Shown: one piece after another, positions 10,166 through 18,956 of the stretch | Position numbering within the stretch: the first letter of the stretch is position 1 | How the letters are laid out: each line of letters starts with the position of its first letter | NCBI GenBank assembly: GCA_051439605.1 | Contig: JBFRWN010000044.1 | Coordinates: 109,853-141,852 of the forward strand | Origin: Synechococcus sp. | GTDB taxonomy: Bacteria; Cyanobacteriota; Cyanobacteriia; Thermostichales; PCC-7336 | Length of the DNA stretch: 32,000 nucleotides | Direction of reading: 5' to 3' | Notes under the pieces: model-generated | What the model was told of the DNA's origin: nothing | Seen by the model: the letters and a program-made list of their open reading frames with translations, nothing else | The model's database searches: none | Position numbers and translations under genes: made by a program

Positions 10166-11395
10166 TTGAACGTCAACACGATACTGCCGGAAAAGGAAAG
10201 TCGAGTGGGTTTAGATTGGCAGCGAGCTAGGCGAGAGACTCCGGGGTGCGATCGTGTGCTGCACTTTAATAATGCAGGGGCAGCCTTGATGCCAGCCCCC
10301 GTGGTAGATGCCACCATTGAGCATCTACGTCTGGAAGCTCAAATCGGTGGCTATGAGGCAGCTGCAATGGCAAGCGATGCCGTGAATCGGGTCTACGATG
10401 CCACCGCAACCCTCTTGGGATGCACCGCTAGCGAAATCGCCATTGTTGAAAACGCCACTCGCGCTTGGGACATGGCCTTCTACTCCATTCCCTTTCAACC
10501 GGGCGATCGCATCTTGACAGCAGTATCCTCCTACGCCAGCAACTACATTGCCTTTTTACAGATTGCTCAAAAATATGGAGTTGATATTCAAGTCATTCCT
10601 AACGATGAGGTTGGGCAAATCTCCATTACGGCCCTATCGAAGGCGATCGACGATCGCGCCAAACTCATTGCCCTCACCCACGTCCCCACCAATGGAGGTC
10701 TGGTGAATCCCGCGGCGGCGGTGGGCAAATTGGCTCGTGCCGCTAACGTGCTGTATCTACTAGATGCCTGCCAGTCGGTGGGGCAAATGCCCACTAATGT
10801 GAAAGAAATCGGCTGCGACTTTCTGTCTGCCACGGGGCGAAAGTACCTTCGCGGTCCCAGGGGAACGGGTTTCCTATATGTGGATCGCAAGCGAATCGAG
10901 CAGTTTGAGCCTCCGTTCCTAGACATGATGGCGGCGGCGTGGGTGGAAAGGAATCGATACCAAGTCAGATCGGATGCCCGTCGCTTTGAAACCTGGGAAA
11001 CCAACTATGCAGGCAAGATCGGACTGGGAGTGGCAATTGACTACGCCCTGCAATGGGGGCTGGAGAATGTCGAGAGTCGCATCCGGCACCTGGCCCAACG
11101 GCTGCGGCAGCAACTGTCCGAGATTCCTGCTGTCACCGTTCACGATTTAGGGCAAATCCAATGCGGCATTGTGACGTTTACGGTGGCCAACCATGCAGCG
11201 ACGGCGATCGCCCATCAGTTGCGTGCGGCAGCTATGAATACCTCCGTATCAGTCCTCTCCTCCACCCGCTTGGATATGGAAACCCGCCAACACACCGAGT
11301 TTGTTCGGGCTTCCGTCCACTACTTCAACAGCCATTCTGAAGTCGATAGCTTCTGCGAGCATCTGGAAACCCTGACGTCTACAAGCCACCTTTAG
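10166..11395 (+). CDS. Class-V aminotransferase-fold PLP enzyme (cysteine desulfurase / SufS-CsdA-like)
   Basis: 409 aa. The start is uncertain (TTG in the track). Motifs: HVPTNGGLVNP, LLDACQSVGQMP and LSATGRKYLRGPRGTGFLY, the last containing the PLP-lysine context of class-V enzymes. Confidence 0.75.
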   Translation: MNVNTILPEKESRVGLDWQRARRETPGCDRVLHFNNAGAALMPAPVVDATIEHLRLEAQIGGYEAAAMASDAVNRVYDATATLLGCTASEIAIVENATRAWDMAFYSIPFQPGDRILTAVSSYASNYIAFLQIAQKYGVDIQVIPNDEVGQISITALSKAIDDRAKLIALTHVPTNGGLVNPAAAVGKLARAANVLYLLDACQSVGQMPTNVKEIGCDFLSATGRKYLRGPRGTGFLYVDRKRIEQFEPPFLDMMAAAWVERNRYQVRSDARRFETWETNYAGKIGLGVAIDYALQWGLENVESRIRHLAQRLRQQLSEIPAVTVHDLGQIQCGIVTFTVANHAATAIAHQLRAAAMNTSVSVLSSTRLDMETRQHTEFVRASVHYFNSHSEVDSFCEHLETLTSTSHL

Positions 11396-11581
11396 GTATA
11401 CGGACCTGTGAAAATTGCCCTCTCTCTTCATCGCGCTCTCTATCTAGCCACATTGAACTATCTGTAGTGCATTAAGTTCATACTAAAAAATATTTCCCAC
11501 CACATATGGTGTAAAGGAGCTATTATTGGCATCAAGTGCTCCCGAACGCACTGTTTTGCCAATTGATTGTTGAAGCAACTT

Positions 11582-12871
11582 ATGGCACCAAACGACCCCA
11601 ACCTAGAGGCCCTCAAGACTCGCGTCCATCAGCAGGCGCAGGCATTAGCGGAGTCAGAGTCGCTTGCCATGCAAAACATGCAATATGCAGCCGAGTTGGA
11701 ACAACAACTCAATAGTTGCCAAGCTATGTTAAACACCCAAGACGTAACTGATGACAACATCAGCCTTTTGCAAACCCAGCTAACCGCCAGCAAACAGCAG
11801 TTGGAGCACCTCCAAGCTGATGTTGAGCGGGTGGTAGGGGAGCGAGATCGTCTAAGGCAAGACTTTGATACCGCACAACAGCGGTGCCAGCAACTGGAGC
11901 AATCGGCGAATAAAATTGCCAAACTCCAAAGCATTGCCGCCACCTTGAAGGTGGAACGGGACGAGCTAGCCCAGAAGCTTGAACAGGCTAAAACTGCGGT
12001 TGCGAACGTGCACTCAACAGAGCGCACGCTACAGCAAGTTCAGCAAAGCCAAGCAGAGCTAAAAGATCGAACACAACAGGTCACCCACGAGCGAGATACC
12101 ATGGCCAAACAGCTAGAGGAACTACAAGCTCAACTTGAGGGGGGAGAGTCAGAGCAGTTGAAGGCTGCTCAAAGGCGGCAAGAGGTCGCCGAGGCCCATC
12201 ACTACGTTCTCAAACGTCAGTACGAATCATTGCAAGAGCGGGTCAAAGAGCTGGAGAAGGAATGCGCCCAAGCCCATGCCCAGGCTCAAGAGTGCGATCG
12301 TGAAATGGCTCAGATCGAGCGCGCCAAAATCGAACTATTGGATCGATGCGATCGCCTTGAGGCGAACAATCAAACTCTACAGGCGAACAATCAAACTCTG
12401 CAGACTCAGCTCGACAGCCTCCATCAAGAAACAAGTCCTACACACACAACCCCAGAGCCCCTCTCAGTCGATTTTGTGCAACTGGAAAATGCCAAACAAG
12501 TTCTGCAGCAGGAACTGGTGGCACTGAGAGCCGAGAACCAAGCCCTGCAAGCCCAATTAGACGAACATCGCGATCGGGGAAGCGAGGAGAAAAAGGAGGC
12601 GACAACTGACGAACCCACAGATAAATCGTTCGTGCAATCTGTACGGGAAGCCACGGCTAGCTGCGACGTTCCTCCTAGCCCTAGCATCTATGATGCTAAG
12701 TTACCCTCCATTCCTCCACTGGAGATAATGGATCGCACTGTACCCAGTTCCAAGAATTTCGACCGCAGGGTGTTTAACCTAGCAGCTGCTTCAGCAGAAT
12801 CAGTCACCCCCAACAATACTATTGTTCGGCCCAAAGTCGTAGAACTGCCCGCATTCGTGCGGAGACGGTAG
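11582..12871 (+). CDS. Coiled-coil-rich protein with disordered C-terminal region ending in ...VELPAFVRRR
   Basis: The track ORF starts at TTG 11567; the ATG at 11582 (MAPNDPNLEALK...) is more plausible. About 340 aa are Q/E/L/A-rich heptad sequence, followed by a Pro/Ser-rich tail. A terminator hairpin follows. Confidence 0.7.
   Translation: MAPNDPNLEALKTRVHQQAQALAESESLAMQNMQYAAELEQQLNSCQAMLNTQDVTDDNISLLQTQLTASKQQLEHLQADVERVVGERDRLRQDFDTAQQRCQQLEQSANKIAKLQSIAATLKVERDELAQKLEQAKTAVANVHSTERTLQQVQQSQAELKDRTQQVTHERDTMAKQLEELQAQLEGGESEQLKAAQRRQEVAEAHHYVLKRQYESLQERVKELEKECAQAHAQAQECDREMAQIERAKIELLDRCDRLEANNQTLQANNQTLQTQLDSLHQETSPTHTTPEPLSVDFVQLENAKQVLQQELVALRAENQALQAQLDEHRDRGSEEKKEATTDEPTDKSFVQSVREATASCDVPPSPSIYDAKLPSIPPLEIMDRTVPSSKNFDRRVFNLAAASAESVTPNNTIVRPKVVELPAFVRRR
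12362..12403 (+). repeat. In-frame 21-bp tandem duplication (2 units, 1 mismatch) encoding ANNQTLQ-ANNQTLQ
   Basis: The two units are GCGAACAATCAAACTCTACAG and GCGAACAATCAAACTCTGCAG. Each unit is exactly one heptad of the coiled coil. Confidence 0.9.
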
Positions 12872-12948
12872 AGAGCAGCGCAGTGGCTAGTTGGATCGGC
12901 CAGTACGTGCGAACTTTAACTAGCGACGACCCGTTTGTGTTTGCCCTC

Positions 12949-12980
12949 AGATCCCCCGTATTTGGGGGATCTTCTCTATT
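12949..12980 (+). terminator. Rho-independent terminator of the coiled-coil gene
   Basis: AGATCCCCC-GTATTT-GGGGGATCT forms a 9-bp GC-rich stem and is followed by T-rich TCTCTATTCTG. It lies 78 nt after the stop codon. Confidence 0.6.
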
Positions 12981-13080
12981 CTGAGCTTAGGGCCTAGTTG
13001 CTTGCAGGCTTTTCCAGGTAAGGGCTGAGCAGCATATGCTATCTCTGCTGGTCGTAGAAATTGGTATGTAAGGAGTCTAC

Positions 13081-14379
13081 GTGAAGCGACCGATTGCAGT
13101 CGATCTGTTCGCCGGAGCTGGGGGAATGAGCTTGGGATTCGAGCAAGCTGGGTTTGAGGTCTTGGCAGCGGTGGAAATTGATCCCATCCATTGCGCCGTG
13201 CACGAATTTAATTTCCCTTTTTGGCGGATGTTTTGCCGCAGCGCAGCAGACATTACCGGAAGGGAGATTCGTGAAGATTCCGCCATTGGCGATCGCTCCA
13301 TCGATGTTGTGTTTGGTGGTCCACCCTGTCAAGGATGCTCCACCATTGGCAAGCGGGCGTTAAACGATCCCCGCAATGGGTTGATGCTCCACTTCCTAAG
13401 GTTAGTGCTGGAACTTCAACCCCGCTATTTCGTAATGGAAAACGTCAGAGGGCTGACAATCGGTCGCCATCGCCAGCTGCTCAAGGAGCTGATAGCAAGC
13501 TTCGCAGACAGCGGCTATCAGATCGTGCAGCAGTACCAAGTCTTAAATGCAGCCCATTTTGGAGTACCGCAGGATCGACAGCGCTTGTTTCTGATGGGGG
13601 CACGAGCGGGTGAACCTTTGGCCCAATATCCCAATCCCACTGTCCTCCCTGCCCGACCCATCCATAATGCAGGATTTCAGGAGGGAGCGACTTCGGAAGA
13701 GCTACCCAACGGCCCGACGGTGGCGGATGCCATTGCCGATCTCCCCGATATCGAACAATATGACGTACTGTTCCAGCAGGATTGGATGGGGGTGGGCCTC
13801 GCCCCGGAAGCCAGCAACTATGCCAAACTTTTGCGCGGCGATCTCCACTCCCCACAAGATTTCTCTTACCGACGTCAGTCTCCCTACACGGGGTTAACTT
13901 GCAGCGGTCGCACCCGCCACAGCGTTGCCACCATCGAGCGCTTCCGCCGCACCGAGCCCGGCACGGTAGATCGCGTCAGTCGCTTTCTCAAACTGCATCC
14001 CGATGGCCTTTGTAATACCTTGCGGGCGGGAACCCCCAGCAGTCGAGGGGCGTTTACATCTCCTCGTCCCATTCATCCATTCACCCCCCGCTGCATCACC
14101 GTCCGCGAAGCAGCTAGGCTCCATTCATACCCTGATTGGTTCCGCTTCCACTCCACAAAGTGGCATGGCTTTCGCCAAATTGGTAATTCTGTGCCGCCGC
14201 TACTGGCGCGGGCGGTGGCCTCCCAGGTGATACAGGCCTTGAACATCTGCCCTCGGCGACCTCGCAAAATATATCCTTTAGGGGACCCTCAACTGCTACA
14301 TCTCAAAATGACTCAAGCATCTGCCCGCTACAACGTCAGCAAACACACCATTGCCCCGCGACAGCGAATTGAAGTCTAA
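13081..14379 (+). CDS. dcm: DNA (cytosine-5)-methyltransferase, apparently orphan
   Basis: 432 aa with a GTG start. Motif I is DLFAGAGGMSLGF, motif IV GGPPCQGCS, motif VI ENVRGL and motif VIII QDRQRLF. Motif IX is ITVREAARLHSYPDWF and motif X is GNSVPPLLA. No endonuclease-like or Vsr-like ORF is on either side. Confidence 0.9.
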   Translation: MKRPIAVDLFAGAGGMSLGFEQAGFEVLAAVEIDPIHCAVHEFNFPFWRMFCRSAADITGREIREDSAIGDRSIDVVFGGPPCQGCSTIGKRALNDPRNGLMLHFLRLVLELQPRYFVMENVRGLTIGRHRQLLKELIASFADSGYQIVQQYQVLNAAHFGVPQDRQRLFLMGARAGEPLAQYPNPTVLPARPIHNAGFQEGATSEELPNGPTVADAIADLPDIEQYDVLFQQDWMGVGLAPEASNYAKLLRGDLHSPQDFSYRRQSPYTGLTCSGRTRHSVATIERFRRTEPGTVDRVSRFLKLHPDGLCNTLRAGTPSSRGAFTSPRPIHPFTPRCITVREAARLHSYPDWFRFHSTKWHGFRQIGNSVPPLLARAVASQVIQALNICPRRPRKIYPLGDPQLLHLKMTQASARYNVSKHTIAPRQRIEV

Positions 14380-14841
14380 CACTTCTGATCTGGGGCTCGC
14401 TGTCACAAACTCCCAGTCCCGCGTCAGGGGATTGAGGTGGCCTGCAAGGTGAAACGGAGCCAGGGACGGGGGGTGCAGCGCCGCAAGCCTGAACATCCCT
14501 ACACCGCCCTCTCACCCAAATCGGAGGTCCATGCCAACCATTGCGAGGCTCACAACAGCAGTATTTGTCCACGCTGGAGTGCCTATCGACGACGCCAAAA
14601 CCACTACGCCAAACATCAGGCAGGGTTGAACCCAGCCATAACGGCCCTTCCCCTCATTCATAACTGGGCGAGAATTCATCCCTCTCTACCCAGAGCAACC
14701 ACCCCGGCCATGGCGATCGGCTTCATTGACAAATCACTCAAGCTCTCAGAAATATGCTCCTGTCGAGGATTTCATGACTTACAGTAATTTCTGTCCAGTG
14801 CCCAAGATTATCCGTGATGAGTACTAGAAAGGGGTATTGCC

Positions 14842-15984
14842 ATGACGATTGTGCGATCGACATTGACCTATTACTGGAATGAATGGTTCTGTAAGCTAAC
14901 CGGACGATTTCGGGCCCATCCCCCCGATCGGCCGGACTATAACGGCGTCTATATTTCTCATGACTACGACCTAAAAAAGAGGGGGGATTGCGATCGCGGT
15001 TCTTACATCGAGATCTATTCACCCAAGCTAGTGTATTCGGAGAATGATACTCCTCCTCGTGTCGTGATTTATCTACATGGCTTTGATTTGGGGGCATCGC
15101 AGATTTACCGCAGCCATATTGAACACTTGGTTAAGCAGGGCTTCTATGTCTTTTATCCCAACTTTCAAACGGGATTCTGCAGTTTTCCCGATTCAACGAA
15201 TTCAAGGAATGACTTCTTTGAATCGGTGGAAGAGCTGATTCAATCCACCATTGGAGAGGGGTTAATTGCCCCTCAAGGGGAATGGATGGAGAACGCCTTG
15301 GATAGCGTGGAATCAGCCTATTCTTTGGTGTTTGGGGAATCGAATCCCGTAGACACCTACCTTTTCGGACATTCTCTGGGGGGCTTGTTTGCCCTCAGTT
15401 GGGCCTATTACGTCGATACAGAAAATCGCGATCCAAGATTGCGGCCCAAGCAGGTGGTCGCGGCAGATCCGGTGACGGATACGGAAACGATTAACTTCCC
15501 TGGTAAGCTCGGAAAAATCATCGATAAGTTCACTGATAAGGTGGACATTCGCACCACTGGCAGCCATTTAGACGTGCCGGTGGCGATCGTGCATGGCAAT
15601 GACGATGTCATCGTGCCGAAGGCGAAGTGGAATGGTCCATTTGAGGCGATCGCCACCGAACACAAAGCGATGTTTTTGTCGTTTTCGGATGCTTACGGCT
15701 GTCCGGCAATGTATGCCAACCACGAGCAAGCCACCACCGATACAAGCTTTTTTCCCCGGTTTTTGGCGCTGACGATTTTGGATGGGGTGGGGGCTGAGAA
15801 CGATTTGGACTGGCGCTACATTTGGCATGCGTTGGACTATGCCGTGCGTGGAGGCGATACCGTTAAGGTCAATCATGTTTGCTTCGAGATGGGGAATTGG
15901 TCCGACGGTCACCCGGTGATTCCCATTCAGCGCTATCTCCCCGTGACGACAGAGATTGAACCAGAGAAAAGGATGTTGGGTTAG
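14842..15984 (+). CDS. Alpha/beta-fold hydrolase (unknown specificity)
   Basis: 380 aa. The nucleophile elbow is GHSLGG. IVHGNDDVIVP and a later His (YANHEQ) are consistent with a Ser-Asp-His triad. AAGGGG lies upstream of the ATG. Confidence 0.65.
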   Translation: MTIVRSTLTYYWNEWFCKLTGRFRAHPPDRPDYNGVYISHDYDLKKRGDCDRGSYIEIYSPKLVYSENDTPPRVVIYLHGFDLGASQIYRSHIEHLVKQGFYVFYPNFQTGFCSFPDSTNSRNDFFESVEELIQSTIGEGLIAPQGEWMENALDSVESAYSLVFGESNPVDTYLFGHSLGGLFALSWAYYVDTENRDPRLRPKQVVAADPVTDTETINFPGKLGKIIDKFTDKVDIRTTGSHLDVPVAIVHGNDDVIVPKAKWNGPFEAIATEHKAMFLSFSDAYGCPAMYANHEQATTDTSFFPRFLALTILDGVGAENDLDWRYIWHALDYAVRGGDTVKVNHVCFEMGNWSDGHPVIPIQRYLPVTTEIEPEKRMLG

Positions 15985-16099
15985 GGAGATTATTTTAGAA
16001 AGGGGGATTGCCTGGAGGATTACTAACTGTATAGAAGGATGCGGAATTTTCAGGAAACCCGTTTAGACTGGTTCCAATTCGGTCAGGCCAGTCCTCATC

Positions 16100-16561
16100 A
16101 TGCCGCGATACGCCACTGTTGCTGACCATCTCACCCAAGTGGAATTAAAGCGCCGTTACCAAAAGGCCACCGACCCAGTGGAGGGTCGGCGGTATCACTT
16201 GATGTGGCTGGTTAAGGGGGGACGATCGCTGAAGCAGGCAGCTGAGGTGGTGGGACTAAACTACGACTATGCCAAGGACTTGCTCAAAGCCTATAACAGC
16301 CAAGGACCCGAGGCGTTGAGCAATGGTCGCAAACGTCCCTATCGCAGGGGACGACCAACATTGCTCAACGACGAGCAGCTGCAGCTGCTTCGATCGACCC
16401 TCACGCAGCCTCCTAAGGATGGTGGCAATTGGACAGGTCCAAAGGTGGCCAAGTGGATCGAAAAGCTAACGGGAAAAAGGGTGTGGCCTCAGCGGGGTTG
16501 GGAGTACTTGAAACGCTGTGGCTACGAGCTGAAGCGATCTCACGATCGGCAAACGAATTAA
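16100..16561 (+). mobile_element. IS630-family transposase N-terminal HTH / winged-helix ORF without a DDE domain (IS relic or domesticated HTH protein)
   Basis: 153 aa. RRYHLMWLVKGGRSLKQAAEVVGLNYDYAKDLLKAYNSQGPEAL and RGRPTLLNDEQLQLLRSTLTQPPKDGGNWTGPKVAKWIEKLTG...GWEYLKRCGY match the double-HTH front end of IS630 transposases. The ORF stops where the catalytic domain should begin. Only about 115 nt remain before the next gene. I found no terminal inverted repeats. Confidence 0.55.
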
Positions 16562-16682
16562 CACAATGCCGGACCAACCTTGAACGCTTTGTAGATTATT
16601 TCTTCAATCTATAAGTTCAGCCAGGGTAACTGACTCTGCATGTAAGAATACTAGGGCCGAGTCGCGACCTGGAGGGGTGACG

Positions 16683-17837
16683 ATGAAAGACAAGCTCCAA
16701 CTCATGATTCCCGGGCCTACCCCAGTGCCCGAAAGCGCTTTGCTGGCTTTGGCAAAGCATCCTGAAGGACACCGCAGCCCTAGCTTCTCAGCTGTTGTTG
16801 CAGACGTTTCCGACAAACTACGCTGGCTGCACCAAACCCAAAATGATGTGTTTATTCTCTCCGCTAGCGGCACCGGTGCGATGGAAGCTGGCCTCGTCAA
16901 TGTCCTCAGCCCCGGCGATCGCGTTTTGTGCGGCGTTAACGGCAAGTTCGGTCAACGGTGGGCGGATATGGCCGACGTGTTTGGCCTTCAGTGCGAGCGC
17001 ATCGAATCCGAATGGGGCATTCCCTACCCTGTTGAAACCTTCGCCGAGAAATTAAGGTCGGATACCGGCAAGACCATCAAGGCCGTCATCCTCACCCACA
17101 GCGAAACCTCCAGTGCCGTCCTGAATGACGTACAGGCCATCGCCGAACTCGTCAAAGAGCACGGTGAAGCGCTCACCATCGTGGATGGCGTCACCAGCGT
17201 CGGAGCCACCAGCGTGCCAATGGACGAATGGGGCCTAGATATCGTCGCCTCCGGTTCCCAAAAGGGCTATATGATTCCCCCCGGTTTGGGCTTTGTAGCA
17301 GTCAGCGAACGGGCCATGTCCGCCGTCGCCACCTCCAAACTGCCGAAGTACTACTGGAGCTTTGCCATGGCTAAAAAGAGCCTCGGCAAAAACACCACCC
17401 CCTTCACCCCTGCCGTAAACATGATTTACGCGCTGCAAGCCAGCCTCGACATGATGAAAGAGGAAGGGCTGGAGAACATTTTTACCCGCCATCTAAAACT
17501 GCGAGACGCCACCCGTGCCGGAGCCAAAGCCCTCGGTCTGGGCCTGCTGGCGGCTGACGACAGCTCCGCCAGCACCGCCGTCACCGCGATTGTCGCCCCC
17601 GATGGTATCAATGCCGAAGATATCCGTGCCATTATTTCGAAACGATTTGACATCGCCCTCGCCGCAGGTCAAGACTCTTACAAAGGCAAAATCTTCCGTG
17701 TCGGTCACTTGGGCTTCATCTGCGATCGCGACATCTTGACCACTTTTACGGCCATTGAAGCAGCCCTTGCGGAGTTGGGCTATCGCTTCACTCCCGGTGC
17801 CGGAGTAACTGCAGCCTCTAAAGTTCTAGCTGGCTAA
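16683..17837 (+). CDS. Alanine-glyoxylate / serine-pyruvate aminotransferase (class V; historically the small subunit of soluble hydrogenase in cyanobacteria)
   Basis: The start is ATG 16683 (MKDKLQLMIPGPTPVP), 6 nt after GGAGGGG; the track starts at GTG 16677. Motifs: LMIPGPTPVP, and GSQKGYMIPPGLGFV containing the PLP lysine. Length is about 384 aa. Confidence 0.85.
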   Translation: MKDKLQLMIPGPTPVPESALLALAKHPEGHRSPSFSAVVADVSDKLRWLHQTQNDVFILSASGTGAMEAGLVNVLSPGDRVLCGVNGKFGQRWADMADVFGLQCERIESEWGIPYPVETFAEKLRSDTGKTIKAVILTHSETSSAVLNDVQAIAELVKEHGEALTIVDGVTSVGATSVPMDEWGLDIVASGSQKGYMIPPGLGFVAVSERAMSAVATSKLPKYYWSFAMAKKSLGKNTTPFTPAVNMIYALQASLDMMKEEGLENIFTRHLKLRDATRAGAKALGLGLLAADDSSASTAVTAIVAPDGINAEDIRAIISKRFDIALAAGQDSYKGKIFRVGHLGFICDRDILTTFTAIEAALAELGYRFTPGAGVTAASKVLAG

Positions 17838-17902
17838 CCCCCATTAAACGCATACGCTTGCTCGCTGATTCCGCAATGGGGTGTCGGCGAGTGATTTTTA
17901 CA

Positions 17903-17923
17903 GCGACCGTCAAGTCGCTGAGG
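17903..17923. repeat. Copy B of the dispersed hairpin-forming 21-mer, GCGACCGTCAAGTCGCT(A/G)AGG
   Basis: The core is identical to 7027-7043, and the next 4 nt match at 3 of 4 positions. It sits in the intergenic region between the aminotransferase gene and dcd. Confidence 0.6.
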
Positions 17924-18115
17924 TCATCTCAGATGCCCAGAACCCAGACTGGGAATAGATCTTGCTGTTCTAGCGGACATAGCAACACCGAATAGGTGAC
18001 GAGCGAATCCCCTCAAGCAATTGATAAGACAATGACTTGAAATCCTGAGGGATGCATAAAACCCACGCCATCATGAACCTATTAAGACAGACCGAGAAAT
18101 CTCACTGATAAACTC

Positions 18116-18712
18116 ATGATTAAAAACGATCGCTGGATTACCACCCAGTCGATAAAAGGAATGCTCGATCCCTTCGAGCCCCAACTGGTCCGGCAGGTGG
18201 AATCCCCCAACGCTGTCCCCCGCCAAGTCCTCAGCTACGGACTTTCCTCCTACGGCTACGACATTCGCCTGTCCCCTGCCGACTTCCGCATCTTCCGTCA
18301 CATCCCAGGCACGGTGGTAGACCCCAAACACTTCAACCCCGACAATCTAGAATCCACCCCACTCCATTCGGACGACAGTGGCGATTTTTTCATCTTGCCA
18401 GCTCACTCCTATGGTTTGGGGGTGGCGATCGAACGGCTGGAAGTGCCCCCCAATATCACCACGATCTCAATTGGAAAGAGTACCTACGCCCGTTGCGGCA
18501 TCATCGCCAACCTCACCCCGGCAGAAGCTAGCTGGCGCGGTCACCTCACCCTTGAATTTTCTAATGCCTCCAGTGCCGATTGCCGTATCTATGCCAACGA
18601 AGGAGTCGTACAACTCTTATTCTTAGAAGGAGAACCCTGCGCCACAACCTACGCCGATCGCGCGGGCAAATATCAAGATCAACCCCAACAGGTGATTGTG
18701 GCTCGGGTATAA
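18116..18712 (+). CDS. dcd: dCTP deaminase
   Basis: 198 aa. Motifs: MIKNDRWI, SSYGYDIRL, IGKSTYARCGI and EASWRGHLTLEFSN. Both size and motifs are canonical for Dcd. Confidence 0.9.
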   Translation: MIKNDRWITTQSIKGMLDPFEPQLVRQVESPNAVPRQVLSYGLSSYGYDIRLSPADFRIFRHIPGTVVDPKHFNPDNLESTPLHSDDSGDFFILPAHSYGLGVAIERLEVPPNITTISIGKSTYARCGIIANLTPAEASWRGHLTLEFSNASSADCRIYANEGVVQLLFLEGEPCATTYADRAGKYQDQPQQVIVARV

Positions 18713-18956
18713 CGACAGCCGCGCAATCCTGGCAGTCCTCCGATCTGTCACGGAGGATGCACCCACGGAATTCCTTACGATTGCCAGCATGAATCCGATT
18801 TCCATAAAGAATTCGTACCCAAACACTAAACTCCATAGGCACCTATGAATGGATACTTTAGAGTGGGGATGGGAAAATTCCAGTACTCCAGCACACGATA
18901 CTTTGTGTCCGTCCGGATCCCGCCCCGCATATTTCGGAGCATTGCAGCGGTAGGTA

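Noticed and set aside
14380-14841. The 460-nt gap after dcm, searched for a cognate restriction endonuclease or Vsr. It contains the 116-aa + strand ORF (14437..14787) and a 55-codon minus-strand ORF I translated (14679->14512, MNSRPVMNEGKGRYGWVQPCLMFGVVVLASSIGTPAWTNTAVVSLAMVGMDLRFG).
   Set aside because: Neither shows nuclease or Vsr motifs, such as an FWH-type motif. The 116-aa ORF is Arg/His/Pro-rich junk-like sequence. The 55-aa ORF could be a small membrane protein, but I have no supporting signal such as an RBS or evidence of conservation.
18116-18712. dcd considered as a phage-defence dCTP deaminase (nucleotide-depletion system).
   Set aside because: It has the standard 198-aa housekeeping Dcd architecture with canonical motifs. 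It has no N-terminal kinase-like or other extra domain, and it sits in a native composition context.
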